Part shown: positions 39,588 to 48,261 of the stretch, one piece after another
Layout of the letters: every line of letters begins with the position of its first letter
Numbering within the stretch: the stretch's first letter is position 1
Translations under genes and position numbers: made by a program
Source of the DNA: Prevotella sp. CAG:1185
GTDB lineage: Bacteria > Bacteroidota > Bacteroidia > Bacteroidales > Bacteroidaceae
Direction of reading: 5' to 3'
Assembly: GCA_000436695.1 (NCBI GenBank)
Contig: HF992598.1
Coordinates: forward strand, 6,715-70,714
Length of the DNA: 64,000 nt
The notes under the pieces: generated by a model
Told to the model about the DNA's origin: nothing
What the model saw: only the letters and a program-made list of their open reading frames with translations
Database searches by the model: none

Positions 39588-40505
39588 TCAGTTTGAGCCT
39601 ATGTAGAGGAACAACATTCCGAGCAACACTAATATGAGGTCGACAAGCTTACTCTTAAGATTTTTCTCATGCAACAACACTGCACCGAAAAGGAAAGAGA
39701 CTATCACACTGCCACGCCTTACCATGGATACGATGCTGATCATTGCTCCGGGGATACTTAGGGCGTAGAAATAAACAAAATCGGCGGCACTCAAAAATAC
39801 GCTGATAAGGATTATACACCAGTCCCATCTGAAAGGTGTTGTCTTTTTTGATTTTGGAAGCCAAAGGACAATAAGCATGACACCCATCATAAAACACTGA
39901 TAAATATTATACCAGCTCTGCACCATCATTGTGTCAAGCCCTACTCCGCCATGACTCACAGGAGCCATAAGATATTTGTCATAAAGACCGCTGACGGCAC
40001 CAAGCACGGCAGCCAGTACGATGAAATAAATCCAACGGTCATGCTTGAAATCTATTCCTTCCTTCTTACCGCTACGGCTGAGCATAAAGAAAGAAGCGAC
40101 GGCCAGGGCAACACCTATCCACTGATATACGTTAAGACGCTCGCCAAACACCAAGAGGGCACCTATGAGCACCATAACCGGTCGCGTGGCATTGATAGGT
40201 CCGACGATGGTCAGCGGAAGATGCTTCATACCGAAATATCCGAAAACCCATGATGACAGCACAATAAGACTCTTCAAGATTATATACTTGTGCACTTCCC
40301 ATCCGCCGGCTCCGACATGGAAAATACTTCCGTCAAGAACATCCGTATTGTAAGACAGAATGATGAACGGAAGAAAAATCAAAGATGAAAACAATGTGTT
40401 GAGAAACAGCACAGGTATAACGGCATTGTTATCGAGCGACTTTTTCTTGAACGAATCATAAAAGCCCAACAATGCTGCCGACAAAAAAGCTAATAATAAC
40501 CACAT
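39588..40505 (-). CDS. EamA/DMT-superfamily transporter
   Basis: About 10 predicted TM helices in two EamA-like halves. Confidence 0.8.
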   Translation of the reverse strand: MWLLLAFLSAALLGFYDSFKKKSLDNNAVIPVLFLNTLFSSLIFLPFIILSYNTDVLDGSIFHVGAGGWEVHKYIILKSLIVLSSWVFGYFGMKHLPLTIVGPINATRPVMVLIGALLVFGERLNVYQWIGVALAVASFFMLSRSGKKEGIDFKHDRWIYFIVLAAVLGAVSGLYDKYLMAPVSHGGVGLDTMMVQSWYNIYQCFMMGVMLIVLWLPKSKKTTPFRWDWCIILISVFLSAADFVYFYALSIPGAMISIVSMVRRGSVIVSFLFGAVLLHEKNLKSKLVDLILVLLGMLFLYIGSN

Positions 40506-40552
40506 TACCTTAAAATTTATATTTACCTATTTATTTTTTAGACCTTATATAC

Positions 40553-41284
40553 TTAATACTCTATATTTTCCAAGAACAATGCATTTCCCGGCATGCTCTC
40601 GCCTGCACCGGAACGGCGCTTGCCCTCTATTACGGCTCTAAAATCATCAACACTTATACGTCCGCGCCCGACATCAACCAATGTACCGACCACAGCTCTT
40701 ACCATGTTACGGAGAAACCTGTTGGCAGTAATTACAAAATGCCAGTTATATTCACCGTCCTTTACCCATCTGGCTTCCGTCACATCACACAATGTTGTCT
40801 TAACATCAGTGTTGCTCTTGCAAAAAGCGGCAAAGTCATCATACTCAAGCAACATTGAGGCTGCCTTGTTCATTTTGTCGAAATCAAGGTCATAAAATAA
40901 TTCACATGAATAACTGCGCAAGAAAGGGTCTTTATGCTGATGTACATAATAATGGTATGTCCTCGACTTGGCACTGAAGCGGGCATGCATCTCGCTGTCA
41001 ACCGGCATAACTCTATCAGCAGAAATATCTCTCGGCAAAAGCCTGTTCAACTTGTAAACGAGCTGAGCACAGTCAATGGTCTTATCCGTGTCAAAATGTG
41101 CCACCATCATCCTGGCATGTACTCCGGTGTCTGTACGTCCGGCTCCTACAACTTGAATATCCTCACGCAGAAGAGTTGACAATGCATCCTGCAACTTCTC
41201 CTGAACAGAAACGGCATTTGGCTGTATCTGCCATCCATGATAAGCCGTGCCGTCATATTTGAAATAGACAAAATATCTCTGCAT
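40553..41284 (-). CDS. truA: tRNA pseudouridine(38-40) synthase
   Basis: YFVYFKYDGTAYHGWQIQ and the catalytic GAGRTDTGVHA. The start is taken at MQRYF. Confidence 0.9.
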   Translation of the reverse strand: MQRYFVYFKYDGTAYHGWQIQPNAVSVQEKLQDALSTLLREDIQVVGAGRTDTGVHARMMVAHFDTDKTIDCAQLVYKLNRLLPRDISADRVMPVDSEMHARFSAKSRTYHYYVHQHKDPFLRSYSCELFYDLDFDKMNKAASMLLEYDDFAAFCKSNTDVKTTLCDVTEARWVKDGEYNWHFVITANRFLRNMVRAVVGTLVDVGRGRISVDDFRAVIEGKRRSGAGESMPGNALFLENIEY

Positions 41285-41486
41285 GAATTTATGCTGTGTA
41301 AAAAACTCTTGTGCAAAATTACATATTTTTTCACAAGTTATAGCCATAAGGCTAACTTAAAGCATATAATTGTATCAATTAATCATGAATATCTGGCAAT
41401 ATCTATATTTATTACGGAATAAAGATTGGAGCTTTAAGCATATTTAATGTGACAATGTGCTTACAATATGTCATCCGGTGTGTGTG

Positions 41487-42995
41487 TCACCACATCATCT
41501 TCTTGGCATACACCACCAACACACTGAATGAGAATATGGCCACATATATTAATACAAGCTGCAACAGTCCAATAGCTATGCCGTCGATACTTGCTCCCGG
41601 CAGTTCTGCTACAAATGACACGCCGGAATTAAGAAGGACAACAACTTTAAGAAGCAAAGCCGACAGCAAAGTTTGAAGATAAGGTACAAAACTCAACGCG
41701 GCCATAAGTACGGCTCCATAAAGGATTATAGTGGCAGCCGGCACGACAATGATGTTTGTCAGAAGGAAATAACAAGAAAAACGCCCAAAATAAAAGGCTA
41801 TAAGCGGGGCAACTCCTATCTGAGCTGCCAACGAAACCGACATCATCTGCCATATCTGTCTAATAACGGGTATGCCCATAACACAGCCAGGCATAAGGTT
41901 AAGAACCGGACGATAAAACAGGATGATGAAAAACACGGCGGCAAACGACATCTGAAAACCTACATCATACAGATAAAGCGGATTGACTATGAGTATTACG
42001 ACTGCTGCCACGGCTAATGTGTTAAGCGACATTTTGTTGCGGTTTAACAGACTGACAAACGAATACACCGTAATCATTACAGCCGAACGCACCACAGATG
42101 CAGACATTCCGACAATAAACACATAAGTCCAAATGGCAAGCAGGATAAGCACCTGAGACGCAATTTGCCAACGGCGACGCAAAAAAATCAGTGACAGTAT
42201 TGCGTAGATTATTCCGAGATGCAACCCTGACAAAGCCAAGATATGTGACGCTCCTGAAACAGAATAATCTTCCTTCAGTCTGTCAGACAATGATGATTTG
42301 TCGCCCAATGTCATAGCAGCCAGCACGGCATACGACTGTCCACTAAAGCCCATGTCGGTATAACGGCGCAAAAGTCTGTCGCGAAACACCAAGGCAGCAA
42401 TGCGTGTCCGCTGAATCAGAGACAAACGCGTAAGGTCAACAACAGCCTTGCTCCACTCGTCGATATATATAAATGTGGTGGCAACATATCCGTGATAAAG
42501 CAAATAGCGGCCATAGTCAAAATCAGAATCAGCATATCCCGATGGCTTTTCAAGTAAGGAAACGGCCTTTATCCCGTCGCCTACACGCAGTTTGTCGGCA
42601 CGCTCATCCCTGTAAATGCTCGCCTTAACCTTTACAGGATGATTGACGTCTGCTATCATAAGATCACATCTTATCACTTTACCGGAAACTACAGGCTGAC
42701 TTATGACAACTGCCGAATAGGCCATGTCTTTATCAGGCACAGGCATATAAGCTTTATCAAGTTCAACCGACACAAGCGAACCGCCAAAGAGCATACATGT
42801 AATGAATATCATGACTGACTGCAAAATGCAATGTTTCCAAGCCAAAAGCGTAAGCAATAAAGACACTACAGTTGCTGCGAACCATGCTTTAAACGACAAT
42901 ACGCCATAAAGAAGTTCGCCCAAAACTATACCTGCAATAAGGAACAAGGCCAAGCGCAGGACAGGATACAATTGTATTTGTCCGTTTGTTTTCAT
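41487..42995 (-). CDS. ComEC/Rec2-family membrane protein (no MBL domain)
   Basis: A 502-aa polytopic membrane protein with DUF4131-like N-terminal and Competence-domain-like core sequence (SGASHILALSGLHLGI). Confidence 0.8.
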   Translation of the reverse strand: MKTNGQIQLYPVLRLALFLIAGIVLGELLYGVLSFKAWFAATVVSLLLTLLAWKHCILQSVMIFITCMLFGGSLVSVELDKAYMPVPDKDMAYSAVVISQPVVSGKVIRCDLMIADVNHPVKVKASIYRDERADKLRVGDGIKAVSLLEKPSGYADSDFDYGRYLLYHGYVATTFIYIDEWSKAVVDLTRLSLIQRTRIAALVFRDRLLRRYTDMGFSGQSYAVLAAMTLGDKSSLSDRLKEDYSVSGASHILALSGLHLGIIYAILSLIFLRRRWQIASQVLILLAIWTYVFIVGMSASVVRSAVMITVYSFVSLLNRNKMSLNTLAVAAVVILIVNPLYLYDVGFQMSFAAVFFIILFYRPVLNLMPGCVMGIPVIRQIWQMMSVSLAAQIGVAPLIAFYFGRFSCYFLLTNIIVVPAATIILYGAVLMAALSFVPYLQTLLSALLLKVVVLLNSGVSFVAELPGASIDGIAIGLLQLVLIYVAIFSFSVLVVYAKKMMW

Positions 42996-43164
42996 TTATT
43001 AAGGTTAACCGGTACACAGGCTATAAATGTTCTGTGTTATGCAAATATACAACTTTATCACCAAAGCTGTCATCTTTAACCCATGTTTTTACACAAACTA
43101 AAATCTCTTTATTCCATTTTTCTGTAATATGTGCCACGATATTTCGTTTTTGACAAATTTACAT

Positions 43165-43172
43165 TATCTTTG
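43165..43172 (+). promoter_or_regulatory. -7 box TATCTTTG only 4 nt upstream of the ferredoxin gene ATG
   Basis: Exact TAnnTTTG match. The ATG at 43177 begins MILYFSGTGNT, which implies a leaderless or nearly leaderless mRNA if this box is used. Confidence 0.4.
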
Positions 43173-43176
43173 CAAT

Positions 43177-43962
43177 ATGATACTATATTTCTCCGGAACA
43201 GGAAACACCAAATGGGCAGCAACAGCGCTAAGTGAAAAGACTGGCGAAAAGCTGATAGACATAACCGATGTGGCAAACACCGACGTGAGCTACAAACTGG
43301 AGGAAGGCGAACGACTTGGTTTCTGCTTTCCCGTGCATGGCTGGCGCCCGCCGCTAATCGTAAGAAAATTCATCAAAAGACTTTCAGTCATCAATCCTGA
43401 AGGTCATTATTGCTATGCATTATGCACAACAGGCGACAATGTTGGCGAAGCAATTGACATTTTTGAGAAAGACCTCGGGAAAAAAGGTATACATCTCGAC
43501 GGTGCCTTTTCACTGATTATGCCCGAATCGTATGTAGGTCTGCCGTTCATGGATGTTGACACGCCGGAGAAAGAAAAGCAGAAAAAGAGAAAGGCTGCCG
43601 AAGATCTTGAACGCTTTGCTGAAATGATAACAGAGCGCAAAAAAGGCATAAGAGACCTCGTCATAGGAAGATGGCCAAAAATCAACAGCCGTCTCATTGG
43701 CAGCTGCTTTGTAAAATATCTCATCACAGACAAGCCTTTCTATGTCGCTGAGGACAAATGCATAAAATGCGGCAAATGTGCCGAAGCCTGTCCTGTAAAC
43801 GACATTATATGGAGCAAAGGCTCAATGCCAAAATGGAAACACAACGGATCTTGTCTTTCTTGCTTTGCCTGTTATCATCATTGCCCTAAGCATGCCATAG
43901 AATACGGCAAGAGGACAAAAAACAAAGGACAATATTTCTTTGAAAAGAATGATATGCCATGA
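43177..43962 (+). CDS. EFR1-family protein: flavodoxin-like domain fused to 2x[4Fe-4S] ferredoxin
   Basis: YFSGTGNTKW flavodoxin-like N-terminus, with CIKCGKCAEACP and CLSCFACYHHCP cluster motifs. Confidence 0.8.
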   Translation: MILYFSGTGNTKWAATALSEKTGEKLIDITDVANTDVSYKLEEGERLGFCFPVHGWRPPLIVRKFIKRLSVINPEGHYCYALCTTGDNVGEAIDIFEKDLGKKGIHLDGAFSLIMPESYVGLPFMDVDTPEKEKQKKRKAAEDLERFAEMITERKKGIRDLVIGRWPKINSRLIGSCFVKYLITDKPFYVAEDKCIKCGKCAEACPVNDIIWSKGSMPKWKHNGSCLSCFACYHHCPKHAIEYGKRTKNKGQYFFEKNDMP

Positions 43963-44011
43963 CAGTGCCGCCAATATTAAAAGGCATTTACATAAAACAT
44001 TTTTTGAATAA

Positions 44012-44126
44012 ACTCATCACTCATCACATTTTACCGTAAAACACTGTCGACATGAGAATTAAAATGTGACAAGTAAAAAAACAGACTCATCACACAAGCT
44101 GTAAATACAACTTAAATGATGAGTCT
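44012..44126. repeat. Family A palindromic element, shorter copy 2
   Basis: The blocks actcatcactcatcacatttt (44012-32), aaaatgtgacaagt (44061-74), agactcatca (44083-92) and tgatgagtct (44117-26, a perfect 10-bp complement) occur in the same order as in copy 1. Confidence 0.75.
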
Positions 44127-44174
44127 TTATCATAATTTGCGACATATAAGCCCAACGGCTTAATCATGCTGAAA

Positions 44175-44798
44175 TTATCTTATGAAGTTTGTGCGTATTG
44201 TCGGCTCCTCAACCGGCAGACTAACTCCGGCTTTCTTTCCGGCTTCAATACATTTAAGCAGCCACGCCATGTTCTGTCCCAGGCGGCGCATTGTCTGCAT
44301 GCCTTCCTCATCCATAAACACATCTTCAGGCTTATTGCCATGCACCTGATTCCAATATACAGAAGGTACGGTAGGCATATTGCATATTCCATAATACTTA
44401 TTCAAATCATCGAATCCGGCAGAAGCCCCGCCGCGACGGCAGCTTACTACAGTTGCTGCCGGCTTGTTGGTATAAAGCGACGCCTTGCTGCAGAACGCCC
44501 TGTCCATAAACGGCTTAATGAAACCAGAAGGTCCGGCAAAATGGATAGGTGTGCCGAAGACAAATCCGTCAGCCTCGTCAACCTTCTCAAGAAATCTGTT
44601 CACTGTGTCTTCATCGTACCAGCAACGCTTTGTAACACTGCATTTACCGCAACCTATACATCCCATTATAGGCTTGTTGCCACACCAAAATATCTCTGTA
44701 TCGATGCCACACTTAGCCAGCTCGCCTGCTACGACCTCCAATGCGGCGTGTGTGCATCCGTTAGCCTTAGGGCTACCATTAACCAATAATACTTTCAT
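44175..44798 (-). CDS. Flavodoxin-like FMN reductase / iron-sulfur flavoprotein
   Basis: MKVLLVNGSPKANGCT and a Cys cluster CIGCGKCSVTKRC. The start is taken at the internal Met. Confidence 0.8.
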   Translation of the reverse strand: MKVLLVNGSPKANGCTHAALEVVAGELAKCGIDTEIFWCGNKPIMGCIGCGKCSVTKRCWYDEDTVNRFLEKVDEADGFVFGTPIHFAGPSGFIKPFMDRAFCSKASLYTNKPAATVVSCRRGGASAGFDDLNKYYGICNMPTVPSVYWNQVHGNKPEDVFMDEEGMQTMRRLGQNMAWLLKCIEAGKKAGVSLPVEEPTIRTNFIR

Positions 44799-44901
44799 AA
44801 TATATCTCTTTAATCTCAAATTAATGTCATTCAAATAAACAAGGACGAACGGTCTGAACACAGTCAGACACGTCCGTCCCGATAGTTATGTCGACAAATA
44901 A

Positions 44902-45576
44902 TTAATATACACGCGGACCAAAGATGGCTGTTCCAACACGCACCATTGTGCTGCGGCACTGAACGGCTATCTTGTAATCATCACTCATTCCCCATGAACG
45001 TTCGCAAAACGCATCATCGTCGGCAAAATAACGTGCCTTAACCTCATCAAAGAAGTCGGCAGCCGTGTTAAACTCACGTCTAATCTGAGTCTCATCGTCA
45101 ACATTAGAGGCCATCATCATCAAGCCGCATATCTGCACATTGTGAAGTTCGCGCCACTCTCCGTTCTCAAGGAGTTCACGGCAGGCGTCGAGAGTGAGTC
45201 CGTATTTTGTGGCCTCTTCGGCGATATGCAGTTCAAGCAGCACTTTTATAACACGATTGTGCTTAGCGGCGTGCTTGTTTATCTCTTTCAGAAGTTTCAG
45301 AGAGTCGACAGCCTCAACCATTGAAATATAAGGTGCAATGTATTTCACCTTGTTGGTCTGAAGATGTCCTATGAAGTGCCACTCTATGTCATCGGGCAGA
45401 TTCTGCTGTTTTTTTGCCAGTTCCTGCTCATGACTTTCACCGAAAACGCGCTGCCCGGAATTATATGCAGCCTCGATGTATTCATCGGGATGAAACTTGC
45501 TCACGGCAACAAGGCGTACACCCTGCGGCAGTGTGTCAAGTATGTTTTTCAGATTAGCCGCAACGTCAACGTTCAT
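44902..45576 (-). CDS. yggS: YggS-family pyridoxal-phosphate homeostasis protein
   Basis: VRLVAVSKFHP (PLP lysine), HFIGHLQTNKVK, and MSDDYKIAVQCRSTMVRVGTAIFG. Confidence 0.88.
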   Translation of the reverse strand: MNVDVAANLKNILDTLPQGVRLVAVSKFHPDEYIEAAYNSGQRVFGESHEQELAKKQQNLPDDIEWHFIGHLQTNKVKYIAPYISMVEAVDSLKLLKEINKHAAKHNRVIKVLLELHIAEEATKYGLTLDACRELLENGEWRELHNVQICGLMMMASNVDDETQIRREFNTAADFFDEVKARYFADDDAFCERSWGMSDDYKIAVQCRSTMVRVGTAIFGPRVY

Positions 45577-46100
45577 TATTGATGCGCCTCCTCCGCATTC
45601 TGTCCGTCCTGCTCATACTCAGGTTTGTCGTCAACCTCAGTTTTTTTCAGGGTCTGATTGTGCTCAAACACATCCATTATCTGAGTTTCAGCTATGCTTG
45701 CAATAACATAGTCGATCATTGTTCCGCCCATAACCTCGTCGATGCTCTTTACTGCACCCGGCAATGTGCTGCCGTGTACGAGATAATTGACAGTAGATTT
45801 TTTCTCTTTTTCTGTTTTCTCGTCGATGGTTATAAACTGCAGTTTAGCCTTATACCAACGGTCGGCTGAAGGAGAATCGCTGAAGAATATTTCGCCATAA
45901 GCAGCTTTCTTGATATCCTTAACCTCAAACTCGCCACTTATGTAAGACGACATCTCTTCGATTATGCTTGCCTCAGCTTCAGTAAAGCTGAGCGCATCTA
46001 CAACATACTGCTCCGTTACTTTCTTCTGACTTCCGTCTTCCATTGTCTTTTCGTAACGTATTTTGCATTCAAACCATGTTGATGTTCTGCTTCTCATCAT
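45576..46100 (-). CDS. DUF4494-like protein
   Basis: WFECKIRYEKTMEDGSQKKVTEQYVVDALSFTEAEA is recalled as DUF4494. Its stop overlaps the yggS start (TAATG). Confidence 0.75.
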   Translation of the reverse strand: MMRSRTSTWFECKIRYEKTMEDGSQKKVTEQYVVDALSFTEAEASIIEEMSSYISGEFEVKDIKKAAYGEIFFSDSPSADRWYKAKLQFITIDEKTEKEKKSTVNYLVHGSTLPGAVKSIDEVMGGTMIDYVIASIAETQIMDVFEHNQTLKKTEVDDKPEYEQDGQNAEEAHQ

Positions 46101-46170
46101 ATCCTTTTATAATTTAAATTCTGTTTCTATATTTTATTTATCCTGACCATGAAGGCTCGATAAAGCCGTG

Positions 46171-46178
46171 CAAAAGTA
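46171..46178 (-). promoter_or_regulatory. -7 box TACTTTTG upstream of the DUF4494-yggS pair
   Basis: Plus-strand caaaagta is TACTTTTG on the minus strand, about 70 nt upstream of the ATG at 46100. It marks the core-side edge of the AT-rich island. Confidence 0.4.
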
Positions 46179-46299
46179 ATTAAATATCCCGACAACACAA
46201 AATCAATCTGAATAAAAGAATATAGTTAACCATAATTATATATTAACAACAATTCAATAATGTAAATTACTTTATTGTATCTAAGATACTTATTACGAA

Positions 46300-46929
46300 T
46301 TAAAACTTTTCCAACCTGATATGTTCAACATAAACATTTTTACCCATTCTAGTTGCATTGTCATTCATTAGAACCCCAGAATAACCATCTTTAACTATTA
46401 ATATCATTTTATAATTGTACATAGAACCATCATTATCGTAAGCCTTACCAATATTTGAATTAATATATATTTCTTGTCCTTTATTCACATAGAAATAATC
46501 ATTAACTTTATTAAGAGCGTAACAAACAAATTCTTTATCACGTTGGATTTCATATTTCTTCATCTCATAACAATATGAAGCTTCATAATCAATAAGCAAA
46601 TATACTGTTCCGTTTTTGTACAAACCAACTTCACCTTTTCCAAATCCATCTACTATATTCCAATATCCAACTTCTTTATATTCAGACATCAATTTACTTA
46701 TATATGCCTGTTTATTTTTCCCATTTAAATCAATAATATTTATCTGATAATCCAAGTAATCTGGCATACTATCCGACTCTTTACAAACATTATTAGTACT
46801 ATTTGAGATAGAATCATTTATCGTATTATTTATATTAGATTGGTTTGGTTTAAACAAAAATGCCAAATACAAACAAAATATAACAATAATAATAAAGATA
46901 AATTTTACAGCAGGTAATATACTTTTCAT
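46300..46929 (-). CDS. Island gene 4: hypothetical N-terminally membrane-anchored protein (209 aa)
   Basis: A TM/signal anchor VKFIFIIIVIFCLYLAFLF, an Asn/Ser-rich linker (NQSNINNTINDSISNSTNN), then a Tyr/Asn/Lys-rich domain. No family recognised. Confidence 0.6.
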   Translation of the reverse strand: MKSILPAVKFIFIIIVIFCLYLAFLFKPNQSNINNTINDSISNSTNNVCKESDSMPDYLDYQINIIDLNGKNKQAYISKLMSEYKEVGYWNIVDGFGKGEVGLYKNGTVYLLIDYEASYCYEMKKYEIQRDKEFVCYALNKVNDYFYVNKGQEIYINSNIGKAYDNDGSMYNYKMILIVKDGYSGVLMNDNATRMGKNVYVEHIRLEKF

Positions 46930-46961
46930 TTTAATATATAATTAATATTTATCATTAAACT

Positions 46962-47336
46962 TTAATTTTTATCTAGAAAGCTTGTAGGGATGTATACTTC
47001 TACACGATATCCATCTTCACTAGAAACTCTAACTTTTGTATACACGACTCCCCCTTCTATGACGACACATTCTTGTCCTGGGGCAATCATATAAGCCTTC
47101 CCCGAAATTAATAAATTCATTACGCCTTCCGAATCATGATTTGATGCATATCGTCCATACATTTTTGCAGTTTCTTTGTCTACACATCCTATGCATTCGG
47201 TATTTGTTATCATTATAGAAGGCTTACCACCATAACTGTCAACACCACCATTACATAGACTTAACATCCAAATAAACATCAATGAAAAAAAAAGTATTAT
47301 ATATCTTTTTTTTATTTTAAATTCTGTATTTTCCAT
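46962..47336 (-). CDS. Island gene 3: hypothetical small lipoprotein (124 aa)
   Basis: Hydrophobic N-terminus with lipobox-like LSLCNGG, followed by a small beta-rich domain. The start lies 7 nt after the stop of the nuclease gene. Confidence 0.6.
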   Translation of the reverse strand: MENTEFKIKKRYIILFFSLMFIWMLSLCNGGVDSYGGKPSIMITNTECIGCVDKETAKMYGRYASNHDSEGVMNLLISGKAYMIAPGQECVVIEGGVVYTKVRVSSEDGYRVEVYIPTSFLDKN

Positions 47337-47343
47337 AAAAGTA

Positions 47344-47907
47344 TCATTTTTTCCGCAGTTCTTTTAATAATTCACGAAAGTCTTCATTAATAGTATTATT
47401 ATTCATTTTTATATTCAATGGAGGATTATAAGAATTTATTAGCTCTTTTTCAATCTCTTCAATATTTATCACATTTTTCTCTTCTCTAAAAAACAACAAT
47501 AAATTGTGTTTCATCCATTCAGACAATTTGTTTTCATCTACTTCCAAAAATTTTGTTTTTCCATTAAAAGGGTTATTTTTATCTCTTGGTATTTTTTTGA
47601 ATCCCATAAGGCTACCTAATGATTTACGCAAAGTAGACTTACCTGAATTATTTCCTGCAAAATGTTGTTTATAATCTCTATTTTTAAGACTTTTTTTACT
47701 AATTCCCGTATAAATAACATCATAACAACATCCGTTATAACAATATTGACATAAGACTGGACTTATGCTCACCTTTGGCAATTTAGCAGAATGTTTTAAT
47801 GCAATAATATAATTTCCTGATGTATCCGGTAGAAACTCGAATAAATCCTTATCAGGATTAAGCATTCTAAAAACTAATTTTTTAATTTTTTCGCCTTTCA
47901 TTTTCAT
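47344..47907 (-). CDS. Island gene 2: GIY-YIG-like nuclease-domain protein (187 aa)
   Basis: Motif order is SGNYIIAL (GIY-like), VIYTGISKKSLKNRDYKQHF (YIG plus conserved Arg/His; compare I-TevI VYVGSAKDFEKRWKRHF), GKSTLRKSLGSLMG, LSEWM, and EKELINSYNPPLN (Glu/Asn). The assignment is from motifs only. Confidence 0.6.
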   Translation of the reverse strand: MKMKGEKIKKLVFRMLNPDKDLFEFLPDTSGNYIIALKHSAKLPKVSISPVLCQYCYNGCCYDVIYTGISKKSLKNRDYKQHFAGNNSGKSTLRKSLGSLMGFKKIPRDKNNPFNGKTKFLEVDENKLSEWMKHNLLLFFREEKNVINIEEIEKELINSYNPPLNIKMNNNTINEDFRELLKELRKK

Positions 47908-48046
47908 TAAATTTTAAGAATCCCAATAAGGCTCCGATTCTAGGATTAAGGTTAATATATAGGAAAGTGTGGAGCCGCTGTTTATTTCTGGAAGGCTCTG
48001 GTAAAACCTGGACGTAACAAACAACACCCCACACTTGAACATTTCA

Positions 48047-48059
48047 TGTGAAATTCACA
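48047..48059. promoter_or_regulatory. Perfect palindrome TGTGAA-A-TTCACA in the island spacer (candidate operator)
   Basis: tgtgaaattcaca has 6-bp arms around a single central base. It lies in the presumed leader of the nuclease operon. Confidence 0.4.
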
Positions 48060-48183
48060 CGAAAACACCAAGTGACGAGAGTGATCATTTATCCACGTCC
48101 TTTTGAAATTTACCAGATTTCCCAGAAGGATAAAAGCAACACTTTCATCAATTCATTTGACCTGTCTAAACAGGAATATGGTA

Positions 48184-48215
48184 CAAAATTAAATATTTTT
48201 TCCCATTCAAACAAA
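48184..48215 (-). promoter_or_regulatory. Candidate promoter of the nuclease operon (-7 TAATTTTG, -33 TTTG)
   Basis: Plus-strand caaaatta (48184-91) is TAATTTTG on the minus strand. Plus-strand caaacaaa (48208-15) is TTTGTTTG, 16-20 nt upstream. The site lies just after the WYL gene stop. Confidence 0.4.
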
Positions 48216-48261
48216 TTGTGGGGGTCTTTTTATTTAAATATTTTGTGTCATTTTCCACACA

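Noticed and set aside
44166-44789. 207-aa plus-strand ORF
   Set aside because: It is antisense to the flavodoxin-like/iron-sulfur flavoprotein gene, which has clear motifs. The plus-frame product is Arg/Cys/His-rich with no recognisable domain.
47961-47976. RNase P-like word aggaaagt.. in the island spacer
   Set aside because: It only partially resembles the conserved GAGGAAAGTCCGGGC block. None of the other RNase P conserved regions is present.
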